DNA of 40,000 bases, taken from the NCBI RefSeq assembly GCF_900103085.1, contig NZ_FMWR01000017.1:88040-128039 (forward strand), written 5' to 3'. The position numbers and the translations under genes were made by a program. Below, in pieces: positions 1 to 6,538 of the stretch (position 1 is its first letter; each line of letters opens with the position of its first letter). The notes beneath the pieces are model-generated. The model was given only the letters and a program-made list of their open reading frames with translations, was not told where the DNA came from and did not search any database. Origin of the DNA: Gilliamella mensalis. GTDB lineage: Bacteria > Pseudomonadota > Gammaproteobacteria > Enterobacterales > Orbaceae.

Positions 1-99
1 TAACCAAATAACAATTAATACATTGATTTTAAATAACAATTATTTTCAAAAATATTTAAAAATAATTATAAATATTATAAAACTTGCTCATTCACCTTC

Positions 100-1000
100 A
101 TCAAAATACAAAATAATTAGCGTGTTATATACCTAATTTGTAAAAAATGTGGTTATGCCACATCACCATAAAAGTCCCTATCACTTTCGATTTGCCCATT
201 CATTTGTTAGCTGGCAGGTTTTATGAGTGTTTGATTGATACCATGGTTATTACACGATCTAATAAATACTGCAAAGTCTCAATGGTTCACGAAACGGTAT
301 AGAATCCTGAATATTTTTTACAAAAAAATATAACCTGAAAAGCAAACCTCACATCTTCACTAAAGCACCTATCGCTTTCAGCTTGCCTATTCATTTATTA
401 GCAGACAGGTTTTATGAATATTTGATTGATACCACGGTTATCACACAATTTAATAAATAGAGATTGAAAATTCTCAAATAACCATAAAACGGTATAGAAT
501 CCTGAATATTTTTTACAAAAAATTTAGCCTAAAAAGCAAATATCACATATTCACTAAAGTCTCTATCGCTTCCAACTTGCCATTCATTTATTGGCTGGTG
601 GGTTTTATGAATGTTTGATTAATACCATGGTTATTACACAATTTAATAAATAGAGACTGAAAATTCTCAAATAACCATGAAACGGTATAGAATCCTGAAT
701 ATTTTTTACAAAAAATTTAGCCTGAAATCAGACTTTTTTAGCGTGTTATATATGGTCAAACGACTGAAACATTGTGGCGGTTATTTTTCTTTATGATATA
801 AACGCTATAGAGTTTGTCTGTGATTTGACGTTAGTTTTGTTTTTTATATCTATTTATAACTTATAACATTCGTTTCTCAAATTACAGTAAATAACGCGAT
901 TAATTCCGAAACCTAATTTAGCGGTTACAAACTTTATTTTTATACTGAAACACATAGTTACCTGAAACTTTTTTACACAATTAAAATTGGTAAATTTTGA
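100..1000. repeat. Non-coding tandem repeat region upstream of ssrA: three ~190-bp units (about 159-349, 350-543, 544-735) flanked by degenerate partial copies
   Basis: Direct reading. Units begin CACATC..CAC and end GGTATAGAATCCTGAATATTTTTTACAAAAAA..AGCCTGAAA. Periods are 191 and 194 bp, with roughly 85 percent identity by eye. Indels between copies break every small ORF. The end motif CCTGAA-N-TTTTTTACA recurs near 131 and 961. Confidence 0.8.
737..905 (-). pseudogene. Degenerate relic of the 5' region of an IS481-family transposase gene
   Basis: TAGCGTGTTATATATGGTC...GGTTATTTTTCTTTATGATATAAACGC...GTCTGTGAT..CGTTAGTTTT aligns, with indels, to 19690-19870, the N-terminal coding part of the IS481-like fragment. 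No open frame is left. Confidence 0.5.
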
Positions 1001-1071
1001 TTAAATAGCAAGCCTAAAACGATCGCGATATACTCCGCTCAAAAATCCGGCTAACTCAGATATTGCCTAAC

Positions 1072-1100
1072 TTGTATTCCATCTTGAATTCACCTATAAT
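1072..1100 (+). promoter_or_regulatory. Putative sigma-70 promoter of ssrA (TTGTAT-17 nt-TATAAT)
   Basis: -35 TTGTAT at 1072-1077, a 17-nt spacer, and -10 TATAAT at 1095-1100. The mature tmRNA 5' end lies ~35 nt downstream, consistent with a processed precursor. Confidence 0.4.
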
Positions 1101-1134
1101 GCCCTGATATTGTGCTTAGGTACAATTCACAATT

Positions 1135-1499
1135 GGGGCTGATTCTGGATTCGACGGGATTTGCGAAACCCAAGGTGCATGCCGAGGTGCGGTAGGCCTC
1201 GTAAATAAACCGCAAAAAAATAGTCGCAAACGACGAAAACTACGCACTAGCAGCTTAATAACCTGTATAGAGCCTTCTCTCCCTAGCCTCCGCTCGTAGG
1301 ACGGGGATCAAGAGGAGTCAAACCCAAACGAGATCGTGTGGAAGCCTTGCTTGGGGCGGAAGCATTAAACTTAATCAAGCTAGTTTATCAGTGGCGTGTT
1401 TGTTCGCAGCGGGTAGATGAAATTCAAAAACAAACTACGCATGTAGTACCGAGGATGTAGAGATTTCGGACGCGGGTTCAACTCCCGCCAGCTCCACCA
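1135..1499 (+). ncRNA. ssrA: tmRNA (SsrA)
   Basis: 5' GGGGCTGATTCTGGATTCGACGGG and 3' GGACGCGGGTTCAACTCCCGCCAGCTCCACCA form the tRNA-like acceptor/T-arm. The internal tag frame at 1226-1258, GCAAACGACGAAAACTACGCACTAGCAGCTTAA, encodes ANDENYALAA plus stop. Confidence 0.96.
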
Positions 1500-1501
1500 C
1501 T
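1469..1501 (+). repeat. attL core: 33-bp direct repeat formed by the ssrA 3' end
   Basis: GACGCGGGTTCAACTCCCGCCAGCTCCACCACT is identical, base for base, at 1469-1501 and 18064-18096. Confidence 0.9.
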
Positions 1502-1545
1502 TAGTCCTTTGCCATCCGCATTAAGTTAAATTTATAAATAAATTT

Positions 1546-1684
1546 TTACTTAACATACAATTCAGATGTATCTAATTTAAATTCATCATAAATATCAAGT
1601 TTTTTCATAATATGCGCTAAAACTTGATTAATAGTACGCATTCCAACTAATAACTCATCCATATAAATATCTGGATGTAATCGC
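1546..1684 (-). pseudogene. Orphan 3' gene fragment (about 46 codons plus stop) between attL and the IS left end
   Basis: The minus-strand frame reads RLHPDIYMDELLVGMRTINQVLAHIMKKLDIYDEFKLDTSELYVK then stop. It has no start codon and is out of frame with the Q-like ORF on the other side of the IS. Confidence 0.35.
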
Positions 1685-1725
1685 TGTAAATACCCCCAAA
1701 CTTAGTACACAACTCATGTAGAAAA

Positions 1726-2539
1726 TTAAGCTACTTGTTTTAATGTTTTATACTCAATCGGTGTCATGTTATTTAATGCCTCATGCGGTCTTTCGGTATT
1801 ATAAATCGTTAACCATTCTTCGGTTATTCTCCTTGCTTGTGCTAAATTGTTAAAAAGATATAAATCGAGTACTTCAGTACGATAGGTACGATTAAATCGT
1901 TCAATATAGCCATTTTGATAAGGGCTACCGGGGTTGATGTACTCTATAGTTATACCATGTTATTTTGCCCAGTTAATAAACGTATTTCCTGTAAATTCTG
2001 GCCCATTATCGACCCGTATTTTTAATGGATACCCATGATATTCTGCCAGTTTATCTAAATAACGGGTAATTCTCCCTGCCGGTAAGCTTACTGCAATATC
2101 AATGCCTAGCGCCTCACGATTAAAGTCATCGATGACATTGAATGTCCTAAAGCGACGTTGATTACCACTACTGTCACTCATAAAATCCATTGACCAACAT
2201 TCACCTTGTTTATTGGGGACTAATAACCTTTCCGGGCATCGTGGAGGAATACGCTACCCTGAGATTAAGCTTTAATTCACAATACACCCTATACACCCGT
2301 TTATGGTTCCATTTATGGCCCAGCTTTCTGATACGATTAAAGAATTTAGGAAAGTCCCAGCGTAAATGCCGGTCTGTGATAGCATTCAACACCGAAACAA
2401 TCACCGAATCATCCAGTAACTTAGATTGATAATAGTAAGCACAACGGCTTAAGCCAACAATGGCACAACTCATAGCAATAGTAACTGAATGATTTTGTTG
2501 TAGTTGCTGTGCCCACGTTTTACGTGCCTTTGTGAGCAC
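1726..2539 (-). pseudogene. IS3-family transposase OrfB (DDE), inactivated by one frameshift and one in-frame stop
   Basis: Three pieces are visible. 2210-2539 is the N-terminal part. 1960-2190 reads MDFMSD..FRTFNVIDDFNREALGIDIAVSLPA..IRVDNGPEF..WAK. After a TAA at about 1957-1959 comes HGITIEYINPGSPYQNGYIERFNRTYRTEVL...ERPHEALNNMTPIEY. Confidence 0.85.
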
Positions 2540-2796
2540 TAAAGCTTTTTTATGATTTCTTCCTGAAACCGGGATTTTAAGCTCAGTTCGGCAAACATCT
2601 GTTTAAGCTTACGGTTTTCGGCCTCTGGCTCCTTTAAGCGTTTGATGTCTGAAGTTTCCATTCCTCCGTATTTATCACGCCATTTATAGAAAGTTGAATT
2701 ACCCATGCCATATTTACGGCACCGTTCTTTAACGGGAATATCCGCTTCAGCCTCTTTTAAAATAGCTACGATTTGATGTTCAGTCATTTTTTTCAT
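2539..2796 (-). CDS. IS3-family transposase OrfA (HTH)
   Basis: 85 aa, MKKMTEHQIVAILKEAE...STFYKWRDKYGGM...ENRKLKQMFAELSL, a typical IS3 OrfA with HTH plus leucine zipper. It ends at the AAAAAAG frameshift site. Confidence 0.85.
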   Translation of the reverse strand: MKKMTEHQIVAILKEAEADIPVKERCRKYGMGNSTFYKWRDKYGGMETSDIKRLKEPEAENRKLKQMFAELSLKSRFQEEIIKKL

Positions 2797-2863
2797 AATT
2801 AAATCCCCTTTACTTTTATCATAGAGAATTTCTACTTTTTTGCTGTACTATTTTAGGGGGTAG

Positions 2864-3193
2864 TTACATAGCGAACACATAAATTTCAGCCATCTTTAAT
2901 TTGTCACAAACAAAATCTTTACTTTTATGTATATTTTTAGCTAATTGACGACAAGACTGTTGATTGATATAAATTGATTTAAGAATAGAATAAGAAATAG
3001 TATCTATTTTTGATAAGCATAAAATAGCTTTATCAACTATTTCAGCTTCATCTTCACTTAGTAATGGGCGAGAATCAAAGCCATTATTATTGTTAAGTAT
3101 TGATGGGGATTTGTAAGGGTATTCTAAACCCGTTCTCATACTACGTCTAACATTAGCCCATGCGACAAGGACTTGTTTAATATCTCTCTTCAT
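2864..3193 (-). pseudogene. Late-gene antiterminator Q (QuuD/PF06530-like), 3' end cut by the IS
   Basis: MKRDIKQVLVAWANV...SRPLLSEDEAEIVDKAILCLSK...ILKSIYINQQSCRQLAK...CDKLKMAEIYV is colinear with my recollection of E. coli QuuD (MRDIQMVLERWGAW...[22 protein letters not shown]...KRLQKAEGII). The last two codons and the stop lie inside the IS end. Confidence 0.7.
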
Positions 3194-3229
3194 ATACTCT
3201 CCGTAAAATTATAGAGAGGACTTTCACAA

Positions 3230-3249
3230 AAACAGTCTGCACTCTGTTT
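3230..3249 (-). promoter_or_regulatory. Leader hairpin A with conserved loop AGUGCAGA (6-bp stem, followed by a T-run)
   Basis: The minus-strand transcript reads AAACAG-AGTGCAGA-CTGTTT-TTGTG, ending about 36 nt upstream of the Q-like start codon. Confidence 0.5.
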
Positions 3250-3267
3250 ATTGCTCAAACTCCACAA

Positions 3268-3295
3268 TTAGACATCTTAACATCTAGATGTCTAA
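3268..3295. promoter_or_regulatory. Palindromic element in the divergent Q-like / zinc-ribbon intergenic region
   Basis: TTAGACATC-N10-GATGTCTAA contains the perfect 12-bp palindrome ACATCTAGATGT (3280-3291). Confidence 0.3.
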
Positions 3296-3418
3296 AAAGA
3301 AATATTTGAGGTACTTAAAATTTTTGATGTTAATCACAAAACCATAATAAAATTATGGTACTAAGTTTAGATTGTTTATAGACTATTACATAAAAATATT
3401 AAATCTAAGGAGAATAAA

Positions 3419-3577
3419 ATGGTTGGCACAATAAAACTCCCCCATACATGCCCACACTGTAAAAAAACCACAGCAAAAACAGCAGTTGAATTAGAAGAAA
3501 AATTTGGCTACAGAACTTTGCCTTCTGGCGCAACTAATCAGAGTTGGTGTAGAATGTGCAGAAGCGATAATAAATAA
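3419..3577 (+). CDS. Small zinc-ribbon protein (52 aa), below the ORF-track cutoff
   Basis: MVGTIKLPHTCPHCKKTTAKTAVELEEKFGYRTLPSGATNQSWCRMCRSDNK carries CxxC...CxxC. The RBS AAGGAGA lies 7 nt upstream of the ATG. Confidence 0.5.
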   Translation: MVGTIKLPHTCPHCKKTTAKTAVELEEKFGYRTLPSGATNQSWCRMCRSDNK

Positions 3578-3705
3578 CAGCATTTTTATTTTAAATTAAT
3601 CCCTTTCGGGCTTAGTTTATTGGACATATGGCAATAACATATTACTGCGTTATGTTTAATTAATAAAATTGTATATAGTTGATTTTATTTATTAGTAATG
3701 TTAAC

Positions 3706-3734
3706 TTGATCAAAGAATATTTATAAAATATAAT
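3706..3734 (+). promoter_or_regulatory. Putative sigma-70 promoter (TTGATC-17 nt-TATAAT)
   Basis: -35 at 3706-3711 and -10 at 3729-3734, about 60 nt upstream of the 3794 start codon. Confidence 0.4.
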
Positions 3735-3793
3735 TTTGCGGCTAAAAATTATCGTTGTCTGTAATTACTCGAATTTTTTGTGAGGAGAGTAGA

Positions 3794-3991
3794 ATGAAAC
3801 ACACTAAATTATATACTATTGTAGCTACGGCTTTTGGTGGCTTATTAACATTTAGCCCTGTAACAGCGGTTTATTCTGATTTGCCGTCATATGAAAAAGA
3901 TGTATGCAATATGAGTTCTGATTGGACCAATGTTGGAAGTTATCTTTATAAAGGTATAGCCAGTGAACACCAAAAAGAAAAAACAAAATAA
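3794..3991 (+). CDS. Small secreted or membrane-anchored hypothetical protein (65 aa)
   Basis: The internal start MKHTKLYTIVATAFGGLLTFSPVTAV looks like a signal peptide and is preceded by GAGGAG. The track ORF 3755-3991 begins 13 codons earlier. Confidence 0.45.
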   Translation: MKHTKLYTIVATAFGGLLTFSPVTAVYSDLPSYEKDVCNMSSDWTNVGSYLYKGIASEHQKEKTK

Positions 3992-4489
3992 CCAACAAAA
4001 CCATAAAGACGTTGTAGCTAAGGAGTCCGAACAGATAAAATCGGATTCTTTGCTTGAACTAACTCCTGAGGTTTTGGAAAATATACCTTTATCTGAAAGG
4101 AAAAAAATACAACAAATCATGGTAAGTAAGACGCACGTCGGTCCACTTCCCTCATCAGAAGATTTGCAAGAATATGATAGAACATGTCCTGGGCTGCCAA
4201 TAGAATTATAGCGATGGCAGAAAAAGAACAGAACCATAGAATTGATGCAACCAAAAGAAGAGATAGCAGTGAGCATACATTAGCCTCACGAGGTCAAATA
4301 TTTGCTCTTATTTCTCTGGTTTTAATACTTCTATTTTGTGTCTTTTTAGCATTTATTGGTTCAACTAGCGGTGCGGTTACTGTTGCTTGTACTTTAGTGG
4401 TTAGTATTGTAGCTGTTTTTATTACTGGCCAAAAATCATCTAGCAGAAATACTAAAAATCAGCCTCAAGATAAAACCGACACAAAATAG
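3963..4489 (+). pseudogene. DUF2335-like membrane protein split by a 1-nt frameshift
   Basis: Track ORFs 3963-4211 (...HVGPLPSSEDLQEYDRTCPG) and 4184-4489 (AANRIIAMAEKEQNHRI... plus two TM helices) join into the DUF2335 pattern GPLPxxExLxxYxxxxPGAAxRIxxMAEKEQxHR if one G is added to the GGG run at 4191-4193. Confidence 0.6.
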
Positions 4490-4490
4490 A

Positions 4491-5510
4491 CTAAAAAATA
4501 ACACTCATCCCAAAAACACGATCCAAAAATTGAATTAACAATAATATCTGTGAACCGTGCTTTTGTTCCCACTCTTCGGCGTTCTTATGCAACTCGTTAT
4601 GATGAATTCTGCATAGTGGTAAAGTAAAGATATCATGAGCCTTTCCTCCCATCTTGCCTTGTCCATAACCGATTATATGGTGAGGATCATCAGCTTGTTT
4701 ACCACAGCATACACACGGTTGAGTTTTTACCCATTGGGTATATTTTTCACATTCCCAGCGTTTTAATTTTGGCCTTAACATGAATGATTCGGGTGACTCA
4801 TGATCTACCACTATTTTCTTAACTGGTTTAGATAATACTTGTAGATGTTGGTGTGTGTTATTTATTTCATTTTGTAATCTAGGTTTTGAGCGATCATCAC
4901 TAGCGACTAAATCAGATTCTTTGTAAACAGACTTTATCTCTTCAATTGGTCTATTATGCAGTAATCTGGTCATATTCTCAGGTATGAGTTCATGTAGTTG
5001 ATTGATTACAGCCCACCAAGCTAATTCTTGAATTGATAATTGATGGTTACTATCGTGTTTTAACTGGTTTATAACACATTCGATTAGAAATTGTTTTAAG
5101 TTGCGCTTTGCTAGCGTTTTCACATTATCATCAATAACTAAATCTTTATTGTGATGCCAGCACACACGAATAGCTGAATTGCCAACTTTTTCATTCACTA
5201 ATTCATGATGACAATATTCACCATCTTCTAACTGGCATTTATATCGTTGATTTAACCAATAATCAAAGTTATATAGATTTTTTAGTTTATCAACTACTGT
5301 GTCATGTAATATAAATGGATCGATATATTTATTATTTAATAACGGTTGTTCATCTTGAATAATACCCGATTTAATACCCGCGTGTTCCTCACCGCTTTGA
5401 GAAATAATAATACGATTACCTGTGCACATTTTTTTTAATAACTCTGCACCAGGTTTGAGAATGACTAGTCCAAGTTCTGGTTGGCAATATGGAGTAAGTA
5501 TTGCTTTCAT
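4491..5510 (-). CDS. Phage protein with a C-terminal Cys/His-rich DUF968-like (HNH-like) motif
   Basis: 339 aa. The C-terminus reads CVCCGKQADDPHHIIGYGQGKMGGKAHDIFTLPLCRIHHNELH. Its start overlaps the stop of the upstream kilA-N gene. Confidence 0.65.
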   Translation of the reverse strand: MKAILTPYCQPELGLVILKPGAELLKKMCTGNRIIISQSGEEHAGIKSGIIQDEQPLLNNKYIDPFILHDTVVDKLKNLYNFDYWLNQRYKCQLEDGEYCHHELVNEKVGNSAIRVCWHHNKDLVIDDNVKTLAKRNLKQFLIECVINQLKHDSNHQLSIQELAWWAVINQLHELIPENMTRLLHNRPIEEIKSVYKESDLVASDDRSKPRLQNEINNTHQHLQVLSKPVKKIVVDHESPESFMLRPKLKRWECEKYTQWVKTQPCVCCGKQADDPHHIIGYGQGKMGGKAHDIFTLPLCRIHHNELHKNAEEWEQKHGSQILLLIQFLDRVFGMSVIF

Positions 5511-6301
5511 TATGCCACTTTAGCGTTTTGCATTAACTTTAGTAATTCTTTAAATCTACTATCATAAAAATGAGGCTGTGTTTCTCTAGGGTTATTCGGT
5601 GGGGTGAGATTTTTACCATATAACAATCCATACGCAGTGATTGACCAAAACTCTTTTTCTTCACCTGTTTTAACACTCTTACGTTTATTGCGCTCAACAA
5701 TGCCTAAATCTTTCAATATCGCATAAGCCACGGTCGTTTTTAATGGAACTTCATATTTTTGTAATAAATGCGTTAATGAAAAAGATACACGGCTAGAACC
5801 ATCAACTGAGTCACTTGGTGCATCTATTGCATAATTAGGTAATAGACAGGGTACACCTGAATATTTTTGTAATTCTTGGTACCCTTTTAATTTGGCCGAA
5901 TTAGATAAATTTAAAGTTCTAGATGCAGATTCTAAAATCATCAATCCAATATTAACCTTATCCACTTCTGATGATTTTCTAGCTACAACAGAATCAAATG
6001 TACGAATAACCTTTAGATTAAATGTGGGACTAATCCACATTGCATAGGCATAAACAAGCTCTTTACAAGCGTATGTTCCTCGCTCAATACCACCATGCAC
6101 CACTTCCAAAGCAGGAATTCCTGCTTTGACAAATTCTTCAGTTATTTCTTGTATTAATTCTTGGGCTTGTTTATTTTCAAGCCACAAAGATGGGCGATTT
6201 TTATTTAGTTGTCCTGATGCTCGATGAAGATCGTTTAAGCAATACAACCCCTGCTTATTTTGACGAATAATAACATTTTCAATAGCAATTAATTGATTCA
6301 T
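5510..6301 (-). CDS. KilA-N domain DNA-binding protein (antirepressor-like)
   Basis: 263 aa. The N-terminus IRQNKQGLYCLNDLHRASGQLNKNRPSLWLENKQAQELIQEI...GTYACKELVYAYAMWISPTFNLKVIRTF matches the KilA-N pattern. Confidence 0.7.
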   Translation of the reverse strand: MNQLIAIENVIIRQNKQGLYCLNDLHRASGQLNKNRPSLWLENKQAQELIQEITEEFVKAGIPALEVVHGGIERGTYACKELVYAYAMWISPTFNLKVIRTFDSVVARKSSEVDKVNIGLMILESASRTLNLSNSAKLKGYQELQKYSGVPCLLPNYAIDAPSDSVDGSSRVSFSLTHLLQKYEVPLKTTVAYAILKDLGIVERNKRKSVKTGEEKEFWSITAYGLLYGKNLTPPNNPRETQPHFYDSRFKELLKLMQNAKVA

Positions 6302-6364
6302 TTTTTTAATACTCCACTTGTTTTGAATAAACGCTTAACATCTGCCTTGTTAAACACCTTTCGC

Positions 6365-6392
6365 ACTATGTCAGTCTGCACTCTGACATAGT
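6365..6392 (-). promoter_or_regulatory. Leader hairpin B with conserved loop AGUGCAGA (perfect 10-bp stem)
   Basis: The minus-strand transcript reads ACTATGTCAG-AGTGCAGA-CTGACATAGT, ending about 63 nt upstream of the kilA-N start codon. A possible promoter TTCACT-17-TATATT sits immediately upstream. Confidence 0.55.
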
Positions 6393-6538
6393 TCTAATAT
6401 ATCACTTTTTATAATATTAGTGAAAATTGCATAAATATAATTGTCTTTCTTATTAAAATGAAATTTTTAGTAAAATAGACTTGTATTATAAATATAATCA
6501 AGTTAACCTATACAGGCTTTCAACGCTAATTGAGACAA

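Larger units (their letters stand above)
1685..2868 (-). mobile_element. IS3-family insertion sequence (1184 bp), decayed
   Basis: Terminal inverted repeats are TGTAAATACCCCCAAACTTAGTACA (1685 inward) and TGTAACTACCCCCTAAAATAGTACA (2868 inward), matching about 21 of 26 positions. OrfA and orfB lie on the minus strand. The A6G slippery heptamer (complement of 2545-2551) sits at the orfA/orfB junction. The flanks GTAATCGC and TAGCGAAC show no target-site duplication. Confidence 0.88.

Noticed and set aside
1-40. Similarity between CCAAATAACAATTAATA at the window start and CCAATAACAATTAATA at about 19248-19263
   Set aside because: Only about 17 bp match in very AT-rich sequence, with no extension of the alignment on either side. 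The match is plausibly chance.
159-735. Could the regular repeats upstream of ssrA be a CRISPR array?
   Set aside because: The period is ~190 bp, and the whole unit is repeated rather than short repeats separated by unique spacers. There are no cas genes and no palindromic 25-40-bp repeat core.
2190-2429. 79-aa plus-strand ORF within the IS element
   Set aside because: It is antisense to the IS3 orfB remnants, whose translation has clear transposase similarity.
3887-4276. 129-aa minus-strand ORF
   Set aside because: It is antisense to the DUF2335-like gene and the small secreted-protein gene. Its translation is Cys/Phe/Ser-rich and implausible, and no RBS is present.
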